This document shows, one piece after another, positions 17,917 to 26,670 of a DNA stretch of 59,243 bases; position 1 is the stretch's first letter, and the number at the start of each line of letters is the position of its first letter. This DNA comes from Phycisphaerae bacterium (lineage in GTDB: Bacteria > Planctomycetota > Phycisphaerae > UBA1845): positions 1 through 59,243 of the forward strand of contig JAJDDP010000112.1 in NCBI GenBank assembly GCA_029260235.1. Direction: 5' to 3'. The notes beneath the pieces were generated by a model. The model saw only the letters and a list, made by a program, of their open reading frames with translations. It made no database searches and was not told the origin of the DNA. Made by a program: the position numbers and the translations under genes.

Positions 17917-19617
17917 TTATTTCTGACGCCGAGCATGCCACCCTGACAACATAACCAGCGACAACAAACTCATCATCCCGATACCGTTCCCGCAGAGAGT
18001 AAAGCCGCTGCCCGGGCCGTCCTGCAAAGCAGAGCCACTGCCGCCGCCCGCCGTTTCCACGTCAGCCACTTCGAAGTCATTGGCAACTAATATCTCGCCG
18101 GCGCCGGTCTTACTGAGGAGCAGCGTCCGCGAGATGGAGGGCTGATCGATCTCGGGTACGGTGATGCCAAAGCCCGGCGTCCCGCCGGTTCCTCGAATAA
18201 CTAATTCGCCGTCCCGGCCTGTGCCTTCGCCTAGCCGCAACTCCCAGTTCGTACCCCGTGAGGTACAGCGGCTCGTCAGGGTTGCATTGCGGGTTAGTGC
18301 CTGATCTTCGATGTCGGGGTTGAACGAGAAAATGGGATCCACGGTCATTTCGTCAGCAGACATCGTGGTATACAGCCTGGTGATGTAGGGCATTCCCTCA
18401 AAGACAGTCAGCGTTTCTTCCAACGGCGCGATGATGGCACTGATCAACTCATTGAGCACGGCGTTGCGTGCAGCGGCCATCGCTTCTGCGCCGACTGCGT
18501 CTTGCAGCAATGACGGAATCGAATAAACAACCTCGTCCTCGCCCTCGGGCAAGGGGAGTTGGCGAGACAGAATCTCAGCCACTTTGTCTTGGGAAAACAG
18601 GAAGTTGTTGTACGCCTCACTATAAAACTGTCCGTCGTCCGCAATGTTGCCCAAGCGGGCTACCTCTAAACGGTATGTGTCTGGATCCGGCAATTGGCTT
18701 ACAACATCAATATCGGTTCCCGCATAATCCGTAGCAAACCCCAGGCCATCGCCGGTCTCGTTCATCGCGTCGGTGACCAAGCCTTGATAGTCGGCGTAGG
18801 CAGCGAAGGTTCCGTTGTACCAATTCAGCTTCGTGTAGTTTACCTCGACGTGTGGGTAGTTAAGCGGCACAGCTTGCGAGGCGCCCAAGATCCAAACGAT
18901 GATGCCCATATCCTCGACGGCAGCGACGGCAGTCAATCGAAGCGGAATCATCGGCGAGGCTGATTCGTAGGCAATCTTCAAAGGTTGAATATCGCCCACG
19001 CCTTGGCCCTGCCGAAGCTTCAAAGCTACAAAATTCATTCCCTCTTCGACGTATGGGCCGATGAGATCTGACCCTCGTTCAGTGAGGTCGTAGCCATTGT
19101 CATCCAGCCAAGTCGCCATGGCTTGAGGGTCGTCGCTGCTGACCAGCTGCAAATCGAATGGCCCGACAACCTCCTCCTGGAGAATTTCTACACCATCGTC
19201 CGTATCTCCGGGTCCAGCGTCCCCACCCGCCGCGCTATCTGCTTGGGCAAATCCATCACCTTCGTCAAAGCACTCTTGGCCCTCATAGCTGAGCACGAAT
19301 TGAGGCCGGGTCGCTTGCTCAAGAGATGGGAAAACCAAATCACTGGCCAACTCGAACTCCGGTACGCCCGGGACGGGCAGCACCCAGGAGAAATCTTCCG
19401 CATCCCCCTCGTATTGAATAAGCACAATGGCCGTAACTTTATTGCCATCCTGGCGGAAAATGATCTGCTCCCCGGCTTGGTCAATGGGCACCAATTGGCA
19501 GAAGAACCCACCGCACGCCCAAGCAAGCGAAGCTGCCACACCCGCAACGCATAGTAAAGCACATACAAACCATGATGTTGGCAACTGGCTACGCGTGCAG
19601 CTCCTCTTGCTATCCAT
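17917..19617 (-). CDS. Secreted hypothetical protein, DUF2330-like (mature N-terminus ACGGFFC). It has an acidic central region and a C-terminal hydrophobic anchor plus basic tail.
   Basis: Start at MDSKRS (ATG 19617, GGAG 8 nt upstream). Signal peptide WFVCALLCVAGVAASLAWA followed by CGGFFC. C-terminus ...CGNGIGMMSLLSLVMLSGWHARRQK, a sorting-signal-like arrangement. The DUF2330 assignment is from memory of the family. Confidence 0.55.
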   Translation of the reverse strand: MDSKRSCTRSQLPTSWFVCALLCVAGVAASLAWACGGFFCQLVPIDQAGEQIIFRQDGNKVTAIVLIQYEGDAEDFSWVLPVPGVPEFELASDLVFPSLEQATRPQFVLSYEGQECFDEGDGFAQADSAAGGDAGPGDTDDGVEILQEEVVGPFDLQLVSSDDPQAMATWLDDNGYDLTERGSDLIGPYVEEGMNFVALKLRQGQGVGDIQPLKIAYESASPMIPLRLTAVAAVEDMGIIVWILGASQAVPLNYPHVEVNYTKLNWYNGTFAAYADYQGLVTDAMNETGDGLGFATDYAGTDIDVVSQLPDPDTYRLEVARLGNIADDGQFYSEAYNNFLFSQDKVAEILSRQLPLPEGEDEVVYSIPSLLQDAVGAEAMAAARNAVLNELISAIIAPLEETLTVFEGMPYITRLYTTMSADEMTVDPIFSFNPDIEDQALTRNATLTSRCTSRGTNWELRLGEGTGRDGELVIRGTGGTPGFGITVPEIDQPSISRTLLLSKTGAGEILVANDFEVADVETAGGGSGSALQDGPGSGFTLCGNGIGMMSLLSLVMLSGWHARRQK

Positions 19618-19876
19618 GATTCGATCTCCACGAATTGTTTGGGGGAAAGATTGACCTAGACTCCCACCTCTGCGGCTATTATCACTTGCACCAAGTCCGT
19701 GGCAACAGTGTATTTCCAAAGTTGCCCCGCTTTCCAAACCCAACATGGAAGCGGGCTGAGGCCTAGGCCCACCTCAGGTTAGCCGCCGCTTGAATCCAAC
19801 CTCGCTGGGCAGGTAGACTGCCACACTGCAGCCGTAGTCGGAATAGCTGTTTGACTGTTTCTGCGTTTGGATATTC

Positions 19877-20500
19877 ATGGCCAGATACCAAATCCCAAGA
19901 ACTCGCGTTCGCGTCGAGATTCGCGTATCCAACTCGCGGTTCATCGCGACCTTAGCCCCCGCGTTCACCGCCAAGGAAGCCCACGCACTGGTGCGCGAAC
20001 TTCGTAACGAAATGCCGGATGCGACGCATCATGTTTACGCCTTTCGCATCGGGTATGGGGCGAGCATCACCGAGGGCATGAGTGACGACGGCGAACCGTC
20101 CGGCACCGCAGGCCCTCCAGCCATGGCCGTTGTTCGCGGATCGGATGTCGGAGACGTCGCCTTGGTCATCACCCGCTATTTCGGAGGAACTAAACTCGGA
20201 ACCGGTGGCCTTGTCTCAGCCTACAGCGCTGCGGCTAAGGCTGCCTTTGCCGTGCTCGAAACCGAAGAAAAAGTGAACCGCTTGTCCTTCCAGTTGGATG
20301 CTCCCTACAGCCTACTCGAGCCTATCCGGGCACTACTGGTTGAAGCTGAGGCCCAACTCGTTCGTGAAGCCTTCGATGCGCAAATACACCTGCACTACAA
20401 GATCCCAGACGAAGAGGTGGCTGCATTCGAGCAAGCCTTGCGCGATCTTTCGGCAGGCACGGTCCGACCTCGCAGCCTCGAACCCGGCGCTCGGCACTAA
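19877..20500 (+). CDS. yigZ: IMPACT family protein YigZ (UPF0029).
   Basis: Hallmark RYFGGTKLGTGGLV motif. N-terminal RFIATLAP...HHVYAFRIG. Confidence 0.8.
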   Translation: MARYQIPRTRVRVEIRVSNSRFIATLAPAFTAKEAHALVRELRNEMPDATHHVYAFRIGYGASITEGMSDDGEPSGTAGPPAMAVVRGSDVGDVALVITRYFGGTKLGTGGLVSAYSAAAKAAFAVLETEEKVNRLSFQLDAPYSLLEPIRALLVEAEAQLVREAFDAQIHLHYKIPDEEVAAFEQALRDLSAGTVRPRSLEPGARH

Positions 20501-20620
20501 GAAGAGGCCCTCCAGGAAATGGCTTGACAAGCAGCGGCCAGCTGCAACCATAGCCAGCCGTCAGAGCGATTCTGGATTCAAGGGTCTTTGGTCTATGAAG
20601 ATTGAGAAAGGGTGGTTTTC

Positions 20621-21115
20621 ATGCCACAGCCAATTCATGTGGGCATCATCATGGGTAGCCAGAGCGACTGGGACACGATGAAGCCAGCCGTGGATCTTCT
20701 TGATGAGTTCGGGGTGACCCACGAGGTGAAGATCATGTCAGCCCACCGCACGCCCGACGCAGCCCTTGCATACTCAGCATCTGCCATTGAGCGCGGTATG
20801 AAGATCATCATCGCCGGCGCCGGCGGAGCTGCTCACCTGCCTGGCGTATTGGCAGCCAAGACCACGCTGCCGGTTCTCGGCGTACCGGTGCAATCCAAGG
20901 CGCTTCAAGGATTGGACTCGCTATTGTCCATCGTGCAGATGCCCAAAGGGATTCCGGTGGCGACCTTGGGCATCGGCTCATCCGGCGCCGCCAACGCCGC
21001 CCTCTTAGCGATAGCGATCCTCGCGCTAAGCGATAGTTCATTACGGACTAAGCTCGATGAATTCCGTGAGCGCCAAGCCCAGAGAGTTCTGGACCAACCC
21101 GATCCAAGAAACTAG
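20621..21115 (+). CDS. purE: N5-carboxyaminoimidazole ribonucleotide mutase (PurE).
   Basis: [31 protein letters not shown] and PVLGVPV signatures. GAGAAAGGGTGG RBS lies 5 nt before the ATG at 20621. The ORF-track GTG 20612 is an alternative start. Confidence 0.9.
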   Translation: MPQPIHVGIIMGSQSDWDTMKPAVDLLDEFGVTHEVKIMSAHRTPDAALAYSASAIERGMKIIIAGAGGAAHLPGVLAAKTTLPVLGVPVQSKALQGLDSLLSIVQMPKGIPVATLGIGSSGAANAALLAIAILALSDSSLRTKLDEFRERQAQRVLDQPDPRN

Positions 21116-21176
21116 CTGGCCGCACTTCTTAGGGAATTGCGAACAAGAGTAGTGCCTCCTACTGGAGTAACATTAG

Positions 21177-21644
21177 ATGACCGAATTACTGTGTAAATGC
21201 GGGCTGATCGCGGGAATGTTGTTGGCAAGTGGGTGTATTCGCCCGGGTGGCGGATCGCGGGAATCGCTGCTTCATACTGACCGACAGCTGTCTGAGGCCG
21301 TTCGAGGCGACGACATCAATCTCATCGCTGGTTTTTGGACTGAGGATGGAACTCTCTTCACGGGGGGACGACCGACGATTGCAGGCAGAGAGAATTTCCG
21401 CCAGTTCGTAGCCCAAAACCGCTCTAAACCCGGATTCGCGATGACATGGGAAGTGGCCGAGGCGGTCGTTTCAGATGGTGGCGACCTTGGATACGTTCTA
21501 GGCCCTTACCAACTCACCGTCCCAACACCCGAGGGCGGACTGAAAACTTTGAAGGGCAACTTTGTCAGCATTTGGCGGCACGAAGATGGCCAATGGCGCT
21601 GTGCTCGGAAGTTCAACTCTCCACTTCCAGCGCCCGGTAGCTAA
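21177..21644 (+). CDS. Lipoprotein with SnoaL-like/DUF4440 (NTF2-fold) domain.
   Basis: LIAGMLLASGC lipobox. FWTEDGTLFTGGRPTIAGRENFRQFV and FVSIWRHEDGQWRCARKF are typical of the NTF2-like ketosteroid-isomerase fold. Confidence 0.5.
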   Translation: MTELLCKCGLIAGMLLASGCIRPGGGSRESLLHTDRQLSEAVRGDDINLIAGFWTEDGTLFTGGRPTIAGRENFRQFVAQNRSKPGFAMTWEVAEAVVSDGGDLGYVLGPYQLTVPTPEGGLKTLKGNFVSIWRHEDGQWRCARKFNSPLPAPGS

Positions 21645-21717
21645 TGCGGAGCTTGGCTTCACCGTGACAAGTTCACAGGCGCGGCTTGAGATGAGGTGGC
21701 CGGAGCAAGGTACTGCC

Positions 21718-23979
21718 CTAACCGCGATAGTAACCCCGAATTATCTCGCTGGCCTTATTGTTGGACAGGTCGAGGGCCCCCAACGCCTGGCTGGCTGCTG
21801 AACGCATGACCAGGTCAGCTTCGGTGCGGGCTAGGTTCAACACTTTTGAAACGCGATCATCATCCAACTGGTTGCCGAATACTTTGGCGGATGTTGCCAA
21901 GGTATCGAAGGCGATGAGCCGTAGCGTTTCGGAGTTGGCGTCAAAGAGTGCCGCGTCAGCCACCGCTCGCTGAGCGCCGCTGGTTCCAATGAGCGAGAGC
22001 ACAGCCAAGCAGCGCGTCTGCAATTCTTCATCCCCAGAGCCAGCGGCTTCGATAAGCGCGTCTTGGGCACGGGCGTGATCCAAGGCTGTCCGACCGTGAA
22101 TTGCCACGCGGCCCAGGGCGTCGGCAGCTTCCAGGGCCAAGCTTGATGCCAATGCCGGGTCTAGGGTCGTCCCGCCCGAACCGGCCTGTATCTGGGCTGC
22201 CAAGTCGATCAGCTCCGAGCCCGAGGCGCCGGCATCGACGACTCGCACGGTTGAAAACGCTGCTGCCATCTGGCTCGCCAGCGAGTGACCGCCATCCTTG
22301 ACCAGAATGACAATCGGTGTCTGTGCGAAGTAGAACTCCCGCTGCAGAGCTTCAACGGCAGAAGCCAAGCCCGGGGCTTCGATGTCGGTCGAGAGGAAGA
22401 AAGCGGATACGCCGTCCAACTCACCCCGCGCCCGGGACAACGCCTTGTTGAAGCTGCCCTCAGCGACCACTTTGCTCGACCCGATGCGCAACTCCGACTG
22501 AATGCGGGTCATGCTATCTGAGTCAACATCGACTACGACGAAACGATCACCGCCGTTCTGCACCAGGGCGCCGGCCAAGATGGGTACGATCAGCGGCGCT
22601 CCAGCAAAGCGTGTAGCCGGCAACGCATTGGCCAGTGCCAAGGCAGCCCGAATCCGAACAACCCGATTGGGGAATTCTAGCGCCTGTACTAGAGGCTGCT
22701 TGAAGTCCTCGGTGCCCACCAGCGAAGCTTCGCCCGCCACCGAATGCAAGGCAGCAATGGCGCCCAGTGCAACCTGGGCATCGCGATCCTTGACCGCACG
22801 TTCCAGAACCAGATGGGCATACCGAGCACCTGCCGCCCGCGTGAAGTAGAGGCTTCTCGGGAAATCTTGCTGTTTGGTCGCGTCGGCAAGGTCGCCTTGG
22901 GCTTGCTCGGGGGATTCAACATCCAAGCCCAATCGTGCCTCGCGGCGAATGTTGGCCGCTAACCAAAGGGCGATGGCTTCGTCGCCACTGGGGTCAATTT
23001 GTAGAGACTCTTCGCAGCACCGCATAGCCATGACCTGGCCGAAAATCTGCTGCGGGACGGGCGTAGCCTCGACGAAGCTGGTCTGTTCGTTCCAATACCA
23101 AACGTTGGCTGTCTCCAGTCGCGGATCAGCCGCGACCGAGCCTACTTCGTCGTAGTATTGCTGACCAACCAGGTAGAAGCCCGCAGCCGGCGATGTGGCC
23201 AGGGGTCGGCCAAACTTTGCCTCGATCATTTTGCCCGCGTCGACCGCAGCCTTGAGCGTTGCTGGGTTCAAGCCTTCTTGCACGGCTACCTTCTGTAGAT
23301 AGGGCACAGCCTGCGGATACCCGATAGCGCCAAGCACCTGAATCAACTCGACGCGAGTCGCCTCGTCGTTCGTCACCAGAGCAGCCACCAGCGGATTCAA
23401 GGCTGAGCGACCAATCTTTGGCATTGCGGTCAAGATACGCGAATGCAGCTCAGCCTTGGCGGGATCCATCAGCGCATGGATCATCCAGGGCACGGCATAC
23501 TCGCCCGATTCGATGAGACGCTGCGTGGCAAAGTGTTCCATCTGTGGCGGGCCGCCCAACTTTTCGATGCTCAGTTTGATACGCTCGGTGTCCTGGCGGA
23601 CCAGAGACTCGCCTTCTTGAATCAGGCTGATGACCCGCTCGGCGTTCTCTCCGAGTGTCGAATTCCGAATGATAATCAGCAAGGTCTCTAGGCTTCGCGG
23701 ATCCTGATCAGCCACCCGCATCAAGGTGACCGGGTCGAGATCAGGGTGGCCGAGCAAGCTCTGGGCAAACTGATCCGCCTGATCGAACTGCCCGACCCGC
23801 GCATAGTGCATGAAGTCTCCGTACAGCGACGCGACGGTAGGCCCATCGGCAGAGCCGCCCGACTGGGCAATGACCGGCGACGTGGCAAGCAACAGTGCAA
23901 ACGAGACAGCCACAATCGCTGAACGAGCGGAGTCAATCTTTAAGATGCCATAATGAGCACGATGCATTGGATTCTCCAA
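21718..23979 (-). CDS. Large secreted HEAT/PBS-lyase-repeat protein (hypothetical).
   Basis: Signal peptide AIVAVSFALLLATSPVIAQ. Repeated alpha-helical HEAT-like units (LNPLVAALVTNDEATRVELIQVLGAIGYPQAVPYL; RVVRIRAALALANALP; RCLAVLSLIGTSGAQRA). Confidence 0.55.
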   Translation of the reverse strand: MENPMHRAHYGILKIDSARSAIVAVSFALLLATSPVIAQSGGSADGPTVASLYGDFMHYARVGQFDQADQFAQSLLGHPDLDPVTLMRVADQDPRSLETLLIIIRNSTLGENAERVISLIQEGESLVRQDTERIKLSIEKLGGPPQMEHFATQRLIESGEYAVPWMIHALMDPAKAELHSRILTAMPKIGRSALNPLVAALVTNDEATRVELIQVLGAIGYPQAVPYLQKVAVQEGLNPATLKAAVDAGKMIEAKFGRPLATSPAAGFYLVGQQYYDEVGSVAADPRLETANVWYWNEQTSFVEATPVPQQIFGQVMAMRCCEESLQIDPSGDEAIALWLAANIRREARLGLDVESPEQAQGDLADATKQQDFPRSLYFTRAAGARYAHLVLERAVKDRDAQVALGAIAALHSVAGEASLVGTEDFKQPLVQALEFPNRVVRIRAALALANALPATRFAGAPLIVPILAGALVQNGGDRFVVVDVDSDSMTRIQSELRIGSSKVVAEGSFNKALSRARGELDGVSAFFLSTDIEAPGLASAVEALQREFYFAQTPIVILVKDGGHSLASQMAAAFSTVRVVDAGASGSELIDLAAQIQAGSGGTTLDPALASSLALEAADALGRVAIHGRTALDHARAQDALIEAAGSGDEELQTRCLAVLSLIGTSGAQRAVADAALFDANSETLRLIAFDTLATSAKVFGNQLDDDRVSKVLNLARTEADLVMRSAASQALGALDLSNNKASEIIRGYYRG

Positions 23980-24641
23980 GCGGAAAGTTCAGGAAGCCTC
24001 CCGATCGCCGAAGATCAGCCATGCGTAGGCAAGCCGCGTCCCAGGCCAAGCAGACCCAAGCCGCACCACCACCGCAATCTGCGATCCATCCGCAAACCGG
24101 CAGAACAGCAGTATAGGATACCCATAAACGACGTCAACGCTCCGCTGACGCCCGCCCCATTTATGCCGGGCGGACGTACCGGGTGGTCCGACGCGATGAA
24201 AATAGCGGGTTGCTGCTTGCAGGCTGCTACGAGGCGAAAGAGCCTTTCGTCATTCCCGCCCGCGCGGAAATGACGGGCTTCAACATTGACAAATGGCACA
24301 CGTGGCAAGCCTGAACGACATTGGCCTAGAACGAGATTGAGATGAGGTAGGACTCCGCGAAGACTCGCTCGCCGCCGTCAGCCTACGGAGTGGATTGTAG
24401 ATTTGGTGTCTGTTAGGGCGGAGAGGCCATACGGGCAAGGTCCGATGGAGACCCACCTGCCCACCCAGTAACCAATATTGTGGCAAGAACTGGCTTTGGG
24501 GTTTGAGCAGCTGCGTCATCCAAGAAGCGATTAATCGACTAACCTACTCGTTGGCCCATTCGCCCTGCGGGCATCGTTCGTTGCTCAACAGGTTGAATCT
24601 GGCGACTGGCGGGAGCGGTCATCCCTGCTGCCGAGGCGGGA

Positions 24642-25184
24642 TTGACTCAAGATTTGCCTATCTTCTTCGCAGATCGAAGGTCCAGTCCGATCATGCACGA
24701 TTGGCACGGTGACGAGAAGACCATCTGTCCGCCTGTCTATTGGGATATCGCCATTGGCAGCGGCGCGTGTGGCCTGGGGTGTCGAGGGTGTTACCTTCTG
24801 GGCACCTTCCAAGGAATGCGCGATCCGCATCAACCTCTCCTCTATGAGAATGCAGCCTTCTTCTGGAATGCCGTTCGTCGGTGGCTCATCTCGCCGCGCC
24901 GGCGTGCGTGCCACACGCTAGGCACCTTTCGCGAAACCCGTGCGAGCCTGGACTATTGGCGACGGCACTGGAACCTTCCAGCTATGGAGTGGCGACCCGA
25001 GACCCTTCAACGTGACGGAACCCACCGACACACACCGGTTGCCTATCGTGTCATGACCTATGAAGCAATCGCTGCCCTGTGCGCCGAGTTCTTCTCCAGC
25101 ACAGTCGTTTCACTCTGCGAAGAGACGACGGAGCTTCGCCGCCTGTCAAAGCTAACATCAGGCTCATGTGATTGTGTGCGGTGA
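24642..25184 (+). CDS. Questionable ORF (180 aa) with a CGLGCRGC (C-x3-C-x2-C) motif. It may be a remnant of a radical-SAM-like gene, or non-coding.
   Basis: It is the only sizeable ORF in a 1.3 kb stretch with weak coding signal. No RBS. The C-terminal half is Arg/Trp-rich and low-complexity. Confidence 0.2.
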   Translation: MTQDLPIFFADRRSSPIMHDWHGDEKTICPPVYWDIAIGSGACGLGCRGCYLLGTFQGMRDPHQPLLYENAAFFWNAVRRWLISPRRRACHTLGTFRETRASLDYWRRHWNLPAMEWRPETLQRDGTHRHTPVAYRVMTYEAIAALCAEFFSSTVVSLCEETTELRRLSKLTSGSCDCVR

Positions 25185-25277
25185 GACCTGTGCCCTGGCA
25201 GGATCCGGAATGCTCGAATGCAGGGAACCCTGAAGTCGTGGCGAGATCAAGTTCGCTGTATCGAAGTTGCCGACCCT

Positions 25278-25655
25278 CTATTGGTCAGACTTATCGCCCT
25301 GCTCAGATGCCCCCAGAGCCGACTGCCCGCGGTCGGCCTCTACGATGGCCAAGTGGCGCACCAGCATGGTCAATTCGCGGCGAAGGTGTCTTAGGCGAAT
25401 ATAGACCATCGAGAACCCTACCAGCATAGCCAGGGCGGTGGCATAGAGCAGCAGATTCGCCCCGCGCCCCAGGCCAAAGAACTGGGCGATGCGGGTAGTC
25501 GCATCGGGCCATAGAATTGCGCAACCAGCCACAAACCAGACTACTGCCGACGCCAGCCCTTCGCGGCGGGTCGACCAACCCCGGTGGGCGGCTAGCAAAC
25601 TCATGAAAAACAGCAGGGCAGCCAACCCTACGAAGAGAAACTGAAACAGGTTCAT
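25278..25655 (-). CDS. DUF2304 family small membrane protein (partner of polyprenyl-phosphate glycosyltransferases).
   Basis: Three to four TM helices (FLFVGLAALLFFMSLLA; AVVWFVAGCAILW; LLLYATALAMLVGFSMVYI). The start overlaps the upstream GT2 stop (ATGA). GT2+DUF2304 adjacency is a known conserved pairing. Confidence 0.65.
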   Translation of the reverse strand: MNLFQFLFVGLAALLFFMSLLAAHRGWSTRREGLASAVVWFVAGCAILWPDATTRIAQFFGLGRGANLLLYATALAMLVGFSMVYIRLRHLRRELTMLVRHLAIVEADRGQSALGASEQGDKSDQ

Positions 25656-26374
25656 CGCATCACCCTCCCGACGAGGTAGTGGAACACAATGCGCAGCGCA
25701 CCACGCGAAGATTGGCCCTTGGCCAGCGAATGTTCGGTGTATCTAATCTGAACAGGGATCTCTTTGAAGGTCAGCCCCGAGTGGGCAACCTGATCGATCA
25801 GCTCGCTGGCATGGGCCATCCGGTCCAGCGTGATGTCGATCTTCTTGGCTGCTTTCCGAGAAAACGCCCGCAGCCCATTGTGGGCGTCGGTCAGGTTCAC
25901 TCGATTTACCGCACGCGTAAACAAGACAGCCAACTGCAAGGTAATGCGGCGCGACCTGGGCATGTCGATGGTCTCGCCCAAGAATCGAGAGCCAAGAACA
26001 ATCTCGCATTCACCCCGATGAATCGGTTCGACCAGCGCCCAGATGTCCTCGACACGGTGTTGCCCATCGCCGTCGAAGGTCACGACGAACCGCGCTCCCC
26101 TACGAAGGGAGAATTCGATGCCCGTCTGAAGCGCTGCTCCTTGCCCTCGGTTGATAGCGTGACGAAGGGCGAAGCCGGTGTGTTGCTTGGCTATTTCATG
26201 CGTCTCGTCCGAAGAGCCGTCATCGACCACCACGACATGTGGATAGATAGCCCGAACCGCTTGGATCACCTCGGCGAGGCACGGGCCTTCGTTGTAGGCG
26301 GCGATGACCACGAACACATCGCGGGCGACTTCCGGGGGTGGGCTGCTTGGATTCTTCGGGGTTTCGCCGCTCAT
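25652..26374 (-). CDS. GT2 family glycosyltransferase, dolichyl/polyprenyl-phosphate mannose (or glucose) synthase-like (DPM1/Ppm1-like), soluble catalytic domain.
   Basis: DVFVVIAAYNEGPCLAEVIQAV..VVVVDDGSSDETHEIA (DxD), RGQGAALQTG and FVVTFDGDGQH motifs. 240 aa with no TM segment. Confidence 0.8.
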   Translation of the reverse strand: MSGETPKNPSSPPPEVARDVFVVIAAYNEGPCLAEVIQAVRAIYPHVVVVDDGSSDETHEIAKQHTGFALRHAINRGQGAALQTGIEFSLRRGARFVVTFDGDGQHRVEDIWALVEPIHRGECEIVLGSRFLGETIDMPRSRRITLQLAVLFTRAVNRVNLTDAHNGLRAFSRKAAKKIDITLDRMAHASELIDQVAHSGLTFKEIPVQIRYTEHSLAKGQSSRGALRIVFHYLVGRVMR

Positions 26375-26670
26375 CTTCTCCCAATCATGCGTTCATTTGC
26401 TTCGGATCGTGTTCCAAGGCCGATCCAGCCTCCTATCCTATCCATCGTTCCGCCGTCCTTCCAGCAAAGGCCCATAACCCACCGATGGCGATCATGGTAA
26501 CTCAGCTATCGAGCTTCACACAAAAGGCCGATGCCTGATGAGATTGGTGGGCCTCCAGGGTTGATCCATTCGTGCGAGTGGACTACTCATAGCGGACGTT
26601 TCGGTGGCATAGCATGGCCTCTGGCGGATGCCGCTATCCTGCCACAGGCTTAGCCCGTGAAGGAATCGCG

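Noticed and set aside
25679-26500. 273-aa plus-strand ORF
   Set aside because: It lies entirely antisense to the well-supported GT2 gene (DxD, FDGDGQH motifs). The product is low-complexity and Arg/Gly-rich.
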